A stretch of DNA of 64,000 nucleotides from Hypanus sabinus. Taxonomy: Eukaryota. The stretch covers positions 53,258,001-53,322,000 of the forward strand of contig NC_082722.1 in NCBI RefSeq assembly GCF_030144855.1, read 5' to 3'. The position numbers were made by a program, and so were the translations under genes. A model generated the notes under the pieces. The model was given only the letters and a program-made list of their open reading frames with translations, ran no database searches and was not told the origin of the DNA. Within the stretch, counting starts at the first letter, position 1. Every line of letters begins with the position of its first letter. Positions 1-12,100 of the stretch are shown here, piece after piece.

Positions 1-635
1 CAGGTGACTGCTACTGGGCAATAGTCATCGAGACAGTTCACCTTGCTAGAGGGATTGAATTTAAGAGCAGGGAGGTTAACTGTATAGGGCACTGGTGAGG
101 CCACATCAGGAGTACTGTATGCAGTTTTGGTCTCCTTACTTGAGGAAGGATAGACTGGCTTAGGAGGCAGTGCAGAGGAGGTTCACCTGGTTGACTCCGG
201 AGATGAGGGGTTAGACTATGAGGAGAGATTGAGTCGCCTGGGACTGTACTCGCAGGAATTCTGAAGAATGAGAGGAGATCTTATAGAAACAGATAAAATT
301 ATGAAAGATGAAGGCAGGAAAGTTGTTTCCATTGATAGGTGAAACTAGAACTAGAGGGACATAACCACAAGATTCAGGGGAGTATACTTAGTTTAGAGAT
401 GAGGAAGAACTGCTTTTCCCAAATAATGGTGAATCGATGGAATTCTCTGCCCAATGAAGCAGTGGAGGCTACCTCAGTAAATATACTTAAGGAAGGTTTT
501 TGCATAGTAGGGAATTAAAGGTTATGGCAAATAGGCAGGTAGGTGGAGATGAGTCAGTCATGATCTTATTGAATGGCGGAGCAGGCTTGATGGGCCAGAT
601 GGCCGACTCCTGCTCCTATTTCTTATGTTCTTATG
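1..635 (+). mobile_element. CR1 LINE 3' end (decayed ORF2 C-terminus and 3'UTR)
   Basis: Remnants of LVRPHLEYCVQFWSP / RGDLIET motifs; short-repeat tail (TTCTTATG). Confidence 0.8.
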
Positions 636-694
636 CTTTTCTTGGGCACTGGTATGATTGCTCCCCTCCTGAAGCAGGTGGGAAATTCCAGCTG

Positions 695-1200
695 CACCTG
701 TGAAAGATTTCTAACTGGATTCTAGTTGAGAGCAAAATAACTGGTTGCATCACCGTCTGGTATGGAGGGATCTCTGCACAGGATTGGAAAAAGCTGCAGA
801 AAGTTGTAAACCCAGCCAGGTCCATCATGGGCACTGGCCTTCCTAGCATCCAGGATGCCTTCAGAAGCTGGTACCTCAAAAGTCATGAAGGACCCACATC
901 ACCCAGTTCATGTCCTCTTCTCATTGCTACCATCAAGAAGGAGGTACAGAAGAACAAAGAAACACACTCAACATTTCAGGAATAGCTTCTTGCCCTCTGC
1001 CATCAGATTTCAGAATGAACAAAGAACCCATGAGCACTACCTCAGTAATCTTTTTCCCTTTTTTTAAATCTCTTTTTTGCACTATTTAATTTAATTTTCT
1101 TTTTAAAATATATTTCTAATTGTAACGTATAGATTTTATTACTATGTATTGAAGATACTGCTGTCACAAAAAAAACTAACTTTACAACATATGCCAGCGA
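695..1200 (+). mobile_element. Rex1/Babar-type LINE 3' fragment
   Basis: KDPHHPVHVLFSLLPSRRRYR...FRNSFLPSAIR C-terminal motif. Confidence 0.7.
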
Positions 1201-1204
1201 TACC

Positions 1205-1720
1205 AGTGGTCACCCATTTCAATTCCACTTCACATTCTGATATGTCCATCCATGGCTCCTTTACTGTCACCATGAGGCCACACTCAGGAACACCATTTTG
1301 TATTCCGTCTGGGTAGCCTCCAACCTGATGGTACAAACAACCATTTGTCAAACTTCCAATAATGGCTTTCACCACCTTGCCTGTCCATCTCTTCCTTCTG
1401 GTGCTCCTCACCCCTTTTCTTTCTTCCATGGCCTTCTGTGCTCTCCTGTCAGACTCCCTTCTATAGCCCTTTTTCTCTTTCACCAATCAACCACATCTCT
1501 TTACTTCATCCCTCCTCCTCCCAGTTTCACCTATCATATTGTGCTTCTCCCTCCCCTCCCCCCACATTTAAACTCTACTCTTCATCTTTCTCTCTCCAGT
1601 CCTGCTGAAGGGTCTCAGCCTGAAACGTCAACTGCTCGCTATTTTCCATAGATGCTGCCTGGCCTGCTGAGCTCCTCCAGCATTTTGTGTGTCCAGCATC
1701 TGCAGATTTTCTCTTGCCAG
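1205..1720 (+). mobile_element. Penelope-like element terminal fragment with degenerate hammerhead motif (1597-1634)
   Basis: Same terminus as the RT/GIY-YIG-bearing copy at 46570-47960; CAGTC-CTGCTGA-AGGGTCTCAGCCT-GAAA-CG-TC-AACTG. Confidence 0.75.
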
Positions 1721-3057
1721 TGATTTAATTCTGATAGTGAAGATATTCTTGAATATTCCAGCTAGTTGTTTGGCACAGGTTCTCAACACCGTGCAAGGTA
1801 CACTATTGGAGGCCGATTCCTCGTGAGGATTCACCACCTTGAGAGATGTTCTGACATCAGCCTCCTGAGTCAGAGATCACGGGGTTGCCAGACACTGCGG
1901 GGATTCACCCCGGTGTGTTTTATTCTTCCTATCAAAGTGTGCATAAAGTAAACCTGGTGCTTTTTCATGTTGTCCTAATCTGCCTGGATATCTGTTTCTC
2001 AATGTCCCAATGATTAATGAGGTGTCCGTTGTACAATAGGGTGTCTGTAGGTTAGGCTGGGAACGTTCTTTAGAACAAAGACAGCTAAGAAACAAACATG
2101 ATACCATAGATGATTGAAAAATTACAGGAATTCCAGATAAGATATAAAGGTCTATTTTCACTAACAGGAAGATGAAGAGCTATGAGATTTAAGGCAATAG
2201 GTAGAGGGATTAAAGAAAGGAAAATCTCAAATATGGTCAGGACCTAAAGCCAACATCATATTTACAAAGTAGGTAGAGATAAGCACAGGATGTGCAGTTT
2301 CCTGAAAGGGGGGAGGGCAAACAGAGAGCTGGAAAATAGGATTAGTCTTAACAGAAAATTTTCAATCAACAGTGACATAATGCTGGCTCTCCTGCACCAT
2401 TGTCTCTGTGATTAAATTAGGTCTGCCTTCAGGAGCTTACTAGACTTGTATAATGAACACACACTAGGCATTGTGCTTTTTATGTTTGTAACAAATATAA
2501 AAACCATTTTAAGAAAGCAAGCTTGTCACTGAGCAGGATCCTGAATTAGAGACAAATTATTTCCTTTTCATGAGCTGAAAGTGTAAAGAATTGAAACCTA
2601 GTTTTCCAGAATCTTACACTGGTGACCGGTATAATGATCCTGAATCCCAGCAGTTGTGTTATTTAAATTCAATTACGCAAGAATTAGGAAATCCTGAAAT
2701 TTAAGAAAATTGAGACTGTGAACCAGTCACTGGAAAAAGAACTTATTTGGTTCACTGGAATAATTCAGGGAAGAAAGTCTACTGTCCTTGCCTGGTCTTG
2801 CCTACATATGACACCAGCCCCACAGCATTATGGTGTCTCTGAAATGGGTCAGCTAGCCAGTCAAATGTAGAAGACCAATTAGAAATGAAGAATAAATACT
2901 AGGCTTGTCAGATGTACATAGATCAGGCAAAATGTTTGAAAACAACTGTAAAATGCTAAAAGAAATATATGATTTGCAGCTAAAAGTAAATATTATGCCT
3001 CATTTATGATGAACTATTGAAAAATCAGAGTAAAACAGTAAAGCAAGTTCACCCTAC

Positions 3058-3189
3058 CTGTGATGTGACCGTCAGTTTGTCAGGTTGGGAAGTAATAAAA
3101 TCAAGGTAATCATTTGCTTTTGTTATTCCCCTCGCTGAGGATGAATTCATTGCTATCAGAGAAAAGTTCTGTACAATATTCTCAATTGC
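3058..3189 (-). CDS. PKD1L-family exon 9, GAIN-region helix ([10 protein letters not shown]...DKLTVTSQ)
   Basis: tttttatcag acceptor, CAG|gtaggg donor, 132 nt; resembles remembered human PKD1L3 VIDEIAGNFS...RFSKPAQ. Confidence 0.8.
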
Positions 3190-6100
3190 CTGATAAAAAT
3201 AAAACAGAAAAAGATTTGAGAAGATGAACTTCTTAATAGTGTTTCCAGACTCGTAGAAGCAGAAAATAAAATGGTTAATGTCAGGATAGATGTTATAAAA
3301 GCAATGAAGGAGGGTCACTCAGAGGTCATGAGTATGGAATGAGCTGCCAGTGCAAGTGGTCCACGTGAGCTTGAATTCAACGTTTAAGAGAAGTTTGGAT
3401 GGCAGGGTATGGAGTGCTATGCTCCAGGGGCATGTCGATGGGACTAGGCAGTTTAAGTGGTTGAACATGGACTAGATGGGCTGAAGGGCCTATTTCTGTG
3501 TTGTACTTTTCTATGATGCCATGAAAACTTAATGACAAAGTATATAAACAAACATACTTCAGCAAACACTTCCCCCCCCCCCCCCCAGGTGATCACATGG
3601 GTTTGGGCGGGATGAATAATAAAATAAAATGGGCGGCATGGTGCCCTGTTGGTTGGCACTGTTGCCTTGTGGCATTCGGTGAAAACTAGAGTTAAGGTTG
3701 GATCAGCCATGATCTTGTTGAATGGCGGAGCAGACTTGAGGGGCCGACTGGCCTACTCCTGCTCCTATCTCTTATGTTCTTATGTACTTTGATATGACTT
3801 TTCATTGGAACCTTTGTCGCTCCTGTTTGATTTCATATTGAAGTTTGGATTCTGATTTGGATTCTGGTCCTGAAAAACGTCTCGTTTTTAACTGTGTACT
3901 GTACCAGCAGAAATGACAATAAAAAGTGACTTGACTTGACTTGACCTGACTTGATTATCGCAAGGGATCAGGGTTACGTATGCATGAGATAAGGTGTCTC
4001 CCAATTTATGTAAAGCCAAATTCTCCCTTCAGGGAGGAGCAACACCTTATATTCCGTCAGGGTAGCCTCCAATCTGATGGCATGAACATCAATTTCTCGA
4101 ACTTTCGGTAATTTCTGCACCCCCCCCCCCCCACCATTCCCATTCCCTTTTCCCTCTCTCACATTATCTCCTCACCTGCCCATCACCTCCGTCTGGACCT
4201 CCTCCTTGTTTTCTTTCTTCCATGTCCTTCTGTCCTCTCCTATCAGATTCCTCCTTCTCCAGCCCTGTATCTCTTTCACCAATCAACTTCCTAGCTCTTT
4301 ACTTCACCCCTCCCTCCTCCCGGTTTCACCTATCATCTTGTATTTCTTCCTCCCCTCCCCACGCTACATATTGAACTCTGACTCCTCATCTATTTTTCTC
4401 CAGTCCTGATGCTGCCTGGCTTGCTAAATTCCCCTAGCATTGTGTGCGTGTTACTTGGATTTCCAGCATCTTGTTTGTGCTCAAACTAGACATCATGTAT
4501 CTTTGAAAAACAGTGTATATCTTCAAATGTGGATATATTTTGCAACAGTTTAAATCATGAATTGCTTCTAGTTCTCTGCAAGTATTTTAAATCCAGTATT
4601 TTGATTAATTACGTACCTTACGTTACGTTTAAGATCAATTACCTTGAGTAAGTATACATTTAGTGAGATTCTGAAATAATTGTGAGTTTTCTTTGATATT
4701 TTACTTTAACTGAAAGTAAAATTGATATCCATGTGATTACTAATGAAAGCTAGGTTTACATTTTATCAAAGCTGTTAGTTTAATTTTATGAATCAAAGTA
4801 TTAATAGTAGATTGTATTATCAGATGTACACTGAGCATTTATGTCAGGCTGGTTGCATTTTTCTGTTGAGCTTTTGAGAGTTTTTATTACTCTGTGTATC
4901 TGTTAGACTATTAATTATTAGCTATAATTCTGCAGTTTTAGTGTCAATGATTGTGTCAATGGTTAAATGTACCTTTGCTTTCTAAACCCTTTGAAATGAT
5001 TTTCAGTGAGAATAGCAATCATTGTTTGCGGTACTGTATTGCTAATATGGGAACAAATGACTTTTTATAAATACGATGATTTATGAACTTCATTTTATGG
5101 ATACACATTGGATTTTGGTTAATTGGGCTATCGGTTAATCAGAGCAGCCACATATTTGGGACAACTCTTAAAGAACAAGATTAAGAAAATAGTTGTGATT
5201 TCCATCGTTTATTTGGAACACTGTGCCAATTAATTGGGGACGGAAACTGTTACCAAACAGTTTCTAATTAGCTTCGGTCACGTGCACCTGTGTGGCAATT
5301 AGACACTACCGTTTTGTGCACTTATGTTCAAAAAGCAGTGATTTTTTTATTACTGATAGTTGGTGAGAAGTAAACAGTAAGACAAGTCAGAACAATTTTG
5401 CTCGCCACGGTTTCAAGCCTTCAGGCTTGGAGATGCCAGAAAGAGCAAAGAGTGAAAATGAAATGATTTCACTACTTCAACAAGTTAGGAACTACAATGA
5501 ATTTCACTGTAACATTCAAGGTTATTGAATATTACAAAATCAAAACGAACATGTGGAGGATGCAACCATCAATAGCATTGTATGTAAAGCAGTGCATTAT
5601 CTACACTAGGAGTCTGTGGTGATTTTGTTCATTTACAGTTAATCAAAAGAACGTGGCAGCGTACACTGGATGAATTCCTCTGTTGATAACAATTAGGAAA
5701 TAATGCAGCTTTATAGTGCTGCAGGAGTATTGTTAGTGTTCTAATTTGTTCTGTATTTCATTTAGATGCATAGTTTGTCTCTCAGTTAAACAATACTTCG
5801 TCTTTTTTTGGTACCTATTTTACTATTTCCATGAAATTTTGGATGATTTGTGGAGTTGTACAATTGGGACAAATTGTACTGGTTTTGATGTGTCCCAATT
5901 AACTGGAACCCACTGTAATTGCATAATGTAGATATATTAACAAAAATCATCTCCTTCCTCACAGAATTTTTGAGTATGCGAAGAATCCCATTACTTCACC
6001 AGTTTTCACAGATCCATTATCTGATTTCTCCTGTGTCCAAAGTGTACTGAAATGTCACCAGTGCATTCAAAATACATATATTCATGTTGTTGCGAAATAC

Positions 6101-9100
6101 AACACTCTATTAATGATATTTTGTTATCAAGGGAGTTGGTATCTTTTATTGTTTATACTTGCCATTCATTTTGTCCTTGGGGAAGATTGTTCTCAAACAC
6201 AGAAGAGAAGTTATTCTAATCACTTTACCTGCATTATCTCACTTACAGAAACATCAGTGAACATGTCCTTAGAGTCTGGAAGGCTTTTCAGTAAACTCTC
6301 TGTCAGATCTGAATCTGGTGTTGAGCACCTTGATGTGCAAATTCTTGAATTCTGCAAAACAATATAAACACAAGAAGGTCTGCAGTGGCTGGAAATCAAG
6401 AGCAGCACACACAAAATGCTGGAGGAACTCAACGGGTCATGCAGTATCTACAGAAAAGAATAAACAGTTGACATTTCAGGCTAACACCCTTCATGAGGAT
6501 TGGAGAGGAAGGGGGAAAATGCCAGAATAAAAAGGTGAGGGGAGAGGAAGGAGGACAAGCTGGAAGGTGATAGGTGAAGCCAAATGGGTGGGGAAGGTAA
6601 AGGGCTGGTGAAGAAGGAATCTGATAGGAGAGGAGGGTGGATCATGGGAGAAAGGGAAGGAGGGCACCAGGGGAAGGTGATAGAAAGTAAAGAGAAGAGG
6701 TGATGGAAGAAGAGGGAAGGGGGAGGGCAAAGGAAAACAAAGAGAAAAAAATTTCCCTGATGGAATGTGAGGAGTTGCTCTTCCACCTTGAGAATAGTCC
6801 CATGGCAGAAGTGAAGGCCATAGACTGACGTGTCAGAAGGGGAATGGGGATAGGAATTAAAATGTTCCAGAAAATTCCACTTTTGGCGGATGGAGCAGCG
6901 GTGCTCAACAAAATGGTCCCCCAATTTAACAAAATAACTAACTAATGGTTTTATAATCACAGTTTAACTTTGGAGTATTCTTTAAACAAGTAAAATTCTT
7001 GTGAACAATTTGCATTTTGAAGCAATAAATTTTATTTAATAGCTCGTCTGCATGTTTTAAAAAGTTACTCCAAAACTTGCCAGATTCAAGGGAGAGTTAA
7101 TTGGGCACATAAATTATCAGCAGTGGTCTGGCGATTCCTACACCCATTTCATGGTTCTATAGAGTTTATTAATGTTATCTGTTTATCTTCCAACTTTGGG
7201 AGTGTTGGGAAGAATGGATGCTACCATCACCAGTATCTGCTGAAGTGAAGCATTTGCATCTCACATCAGTTGTGCCATTGCAAAGGCTGAGCAAAATAGA
7301 AACTTTCCTCTGCAGCTCCTCATAGTTCTGTAGACATTTTTGTATGAAGTTTCTTGTATTTTATCATCCTAACATTACAGAGAAACGCTGGGAGGGGATC
7401 TTGTCATGATTTTCCAAAATGCAAATTGCATTATCTGCGTGGGTGTCAAGAAACATGAGTTTTTTAAAGTGTTAATTAATTTATTTTTTGCCTCACTAAA
7501 ATTCCTTGAGAGTTAATGTATATCTCAAATTTTTGAGCAGTTCTGTGCAAAGTCAAATTTCCATTACCCGAATAGCTGTAACACATAAATAGCCTTTGTT
7601 ATCATTCTGATATCAAAACTGTAAGTTAAAAGTAACAAAAAGAAAGAACAATTGGCTCAGAATCACAAACTTCAAACTGAATAAAATGATTTAGGGTGGG
7701 TTACTCCAATTGGGTCACTAGTGCTTGATGCTGAGTTACTAGCACAAACCCAGTGGGTTGAAGAACTTGCTTTAGTCTGCTGACTGTGACTATAAAATTA
7801 CAGAGAACTAGAGCACAAAAACCAGACTTCTAGCCAACTGATTAATGCTGGTGATTATACTTCACATGTAAATACACTTTTCTATCTCTTTCTCCCTTAT
7901 GAACCTGTCAACACAATTACTCCTTGAAGGAGCAAGGTACCATAATCTAATCACTCGCGGATGAAGTCCCTTATGCATTCTAACAGTGACTGGCTCACAC
8001 TGATGCCTTAAACATTTTCTCTTCCTAAGGCAGTGAAGTTATCTGACCTATCAAACTCTCTCATCCTTTTAATGACTTCCCATGGCATTGCCTTGTAAAG
8101 AAACTCATCAGAGTAGGAAGGAAGGCCAGGACAGGCTGGTGTACCAAACGGAAAAAGGCAGCAAATTACTAGGAACAGATTACTACTGGTTACTGTGGAG
8201 AGTCTTACCCAGGCAGAAACACTAATACAAAATCAAACTACTGCTGTTGCTGGGTATCAGAGATCAGAACTCAAAATGTGCTGTGGACTTGGTAGGTACT
8301 GGGCCGAATCTACAACCTTTTGTAGGATTTTCCACTCAGAGGCATTGGTGTTCCCGTACCAGGCCATAACGCAGCCAGCCAGCACACTTTCCACCACACA
8401 TCTGTAGAAGTCTGTCAAGGTTTTGGATGACATGCTGAACCTCTGCAGACTCCCGAGGAAGTAGAAGTTCTCTTCTGCTTTCTTTGCAATTATATTAATG
8501 TGATGGGTCGTCAGGTCTACTGTGATAGTGACACCCAACTACTTAACGTTACTGATCCTCTCCACCTCTGATCCTCCTATGATTACTGGCTCATGGACAT
8601 TTGGTTTCCCTCTCCTGAAGTCTACAATCAGTTCCTTGGTCTTGTTGACAATGAGTGAGATTACACCACTCAGCCAAGTTTTCAGTCTCCCTCCTGTATG
8701 TAGATTCATCAGCCCCTTTGATACAGCCGCACAGTGGTGTCATCAGCAAACTTATACATGGTGCTGGAGCTGGACTTAGCCACACAGTCAAAGGTGTAAA
8801 GTGAGTAGAGCAGAGGCTAGGTACACGGCCCTGTGGTGCACCTGTGCTAATGGAGATTGCAGAGGAAATGTTTTTGCCGATCTGAACTGACTGGGGTCTA
8901 CAAGTGAGGAAATCCAGGATCCAATTGTGCAAGGGGGTATTGAGGCCCAGGTCTTGGAGTTTACTGATCAATCAGCTGAAGACAATTTAAAGACTTTTAC
9001 AAAAAACAGCATCAGTATGCACGACCTTATTGTCAACAGTAAACCAAATTGTCCATGTAACTAATTATGGAGCTTCTTTGATGCAAATAATGAACAATGT

Positions 9101-12100
9101 GTTTGTAATCTTTGCTGGTACTTGAATTGGGTGCATTTGTAGTGACAGTAGTGAACTGCAATGTTGCATTAAAATCCACTTCAAGACTAACATGGCTTTT
9201 CGTTCTAGTTAGACAATTCTAAACAGCAGCCTGGTATATGGCTGGTAAACAAGATACCGTCATTCATTCATTCCAGTCAATGCCACCAATTCTAGCATTG
9301 GCCATCAACTGGAGTTGAAAAAGACCTAACAAGATCAAACTATGGCTCTCCTGAAACTGAGCTTCCAACCTCAGAACCCTGAGCGAAACTTTCTTCGACT
9401 GGTACCTCGGGCTTTTGCAGCAGTAATTGAAAGATTCTTATGGAAAGTGAAACACTTCACAGCAGATGGCTTGTCACATCCATTCTCTAAAGCACTGGAA
9501 ATACTGCGAATGAACTCCTGTTTGTGCAGAAGAGCACTCAACTGTAGAATATCAACTATCATTAAGTTGACCGCCAGAAACCAATAGCTGGTACATTAGT
9601 AATTATGTCCATAAATGCATTTGATTTTGGAACTAATTATGTAATCAGCGATAATCACTCACTTCGGGCAAAGCTCTTTTTCTTCTGGCACCACTCTTTA
9701 CACTTTGTGAATCTGTTAAAGATATAAATCCTTGAAAATTAAAAACCATTAAAAATTTCATGTTCTAATAATGTAATATATTAAATGCACTGTTGTAATG
9801 TAGATTTCATTCTTCAGAACTCGGTTTTGAAAAATCAACACTGCCTTTGATTTTCTAATTGAGATCTGTGCAAAGATGTGACTTCAGCAGGACGCTACTT
9901 GACTTTGTGTAGTTCATGCAAGTGCACGTATCAAATGACTGTTCTGAATGTGCACAAATTAATCCTATTGATAAAACCAAACATTCAGCAAAGTCTTACT
10001 ATACAGTGTACAAATATTTACTGTTCACAGGTAATACTTCATGAAAAGCGACTTTATGAATTAAAAGAAATGCAAATAAGGGAAGTAGATTGTATTAAAA
10101 TAAATGTAAACAAGGTAAGTAAAAAGAAAACATAGGTGATCATTTGTGATTTTTAATTTAAGGAGGATTATACACCCAACATATTAATATGCTGCCTCTC
10201 TGCACATAAAGTTGTATATATTCCAATTATTTTCTGCTTTTTTTGCAATAATTATATTTACTTTTGAATGGTGGAAGCAGACTATAGAATTCTGAAATAG
10301 AAGCAAAAATGTTGGAAATTCTCAGCCTCTAGGGAGTGAGAAGCTGAGTTACTGTTTCAGGACAATGATTCCTGATCATAAACGAGTGTCACTCTTTATT
10401 CCTTTAAGAATATGTCACATTGAGAATCAAACTCACTCTTTCTAAACAGTCTCAATGCAAGAATAGCTGCATGTTCTACAAATGCAATGGCTAATGATTC
10501 CAAGAGGTCTTTGCCAGTGCACAGAAGATCCCATGTAATGAAGTCTAGATGCACACAGACCTACAGGTTTGAAACAGGATTCCTGCCTTTGCAGATTGGA
10601 TGGGGAAAGTTATGTGCAGTTATTTAATTAACCTGTCTTCCTTTATTTAACTTAATTATTTCTTAGTGCTTTAATGTGTTGATAAAAATTATTGTTCGAA
10701 AACGCTTTTTTTATTTTTAATGTTTAATTATTTTATACCACGATCATAGTTTAAAATCTCTAAATATCATTCAAAGTCAGTTACAAAACATTGGCAGTTC
10801 TGACAGACAGGATCCTCCTTGCCCACGTTTTAGTCTCTAGGTGCTGAGCATTGAAGGCTGAATCTCCAGCAATATTGTCGATGGTCTGGTGACCTTCATG
10901 ATCAACTTGTCCAGTCACCACACAACTGAACTGGGTGCAGTCTGGCTGGCAGGAGAATTTAAATTTACTGATGATGGAATGTAGTTTTTCCACTTACTAA
11001 ACATTCGAATCTGAAAAACGGAATCTTAAATTTCAATAGTAATGTCTTTTGAAAGTTGTCACTCTCCTTACCTTTCTTCATTCCAATGCTCCTTTTGGAA
11101 GGATTATTTGTGACAATAACATGCCCAGCAACATATTGCTTAATGGATAAGAAATTCCAAGCAGTGACAGTCACAAGAAATGTGCCTGTAATCAGAGGGG
11201 AGAAAAATGGATCTAGCAACTTTAAAATCAGTATGCATCACTGAGTCTTCAAAATTAAACATTGTTTTTTTAATTTCTCTTCCTTCCTATTGTAAACTCA
11301 TTATTAAAGCAGGATATCAAGAGATGATGGGAGGAGAGAGCCGGACTAAGGTCAGGGAGGGCCTTCACCATTTTCCTTATCAATTCCCCTTTTGACATGG
11401 ATAGAGCCCATCCATACATATAGATCTGTGAATAATTCATTGACAAATTAAACTAATTGGGTACAAGAGAAGTCAAAAGAGGCTACAGATATTGGAATCT
11501 GGAACAAAAATCATAACATTGAACAACAGTGGGTCAAATAGTATCTGTTGGGCAAAGCGTGTCTCCACCATTGTTCCTTTTCTGCATTAGATGCAAAGTC
11601 AGACTTCAATTGCTTTAATATTTAAGGAAAATAAAAATCAATAGTTTATATTTATGTCATTCCTTTAACAAATTCATACACTTCCTACATCATTTCAAAG
11701 AAAAATTGATATCAAACACATAAAGGGATACTTTTGCACAGATAACCAAAATTTTGTTCTTAAGTGGCATCTTAAGTAAAGAAAGTAGAAAGGTTAAAGA
11801 GACAGAATTAGGGATAGAATTGTTCTGGCAGCTGAAGGCATGGCTGATAGTGGAACAATTATATTCAAGGATGCCCTGGAAGCCAGAAATAGACAAGCCA
11901 AACATTTCAAACCAAAGGGCTGAAGGACGTTATGATTTAAAGTCATGATTGGATTTAAAACAATAATGAGAATTGTAATATCAAGATATTGCTTAAATGT
12001 GAGCCAATATAGATAAATAAAACAGTAATGATGGGTGCAAATGACCTACTGGGCAGCAAAAATTAAATGAACTCAAAGTTGTGAAGGTTTCAGCTAAGGA

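Noticed and set aside
9040-9590. Extra phase-0 PKD1L exon candidate (tttag|[22 protein letters not shown]…) and neighbouring ORFs
   Set aside because: No convincing donor and no REJ similarity I can recognise; cannot be excluded without RNA-seq
10437-10560. AG…gtgagt-bounded segment in a PKD1L intron
   Set aside because: Stops in the required phase-1 frame; no homology
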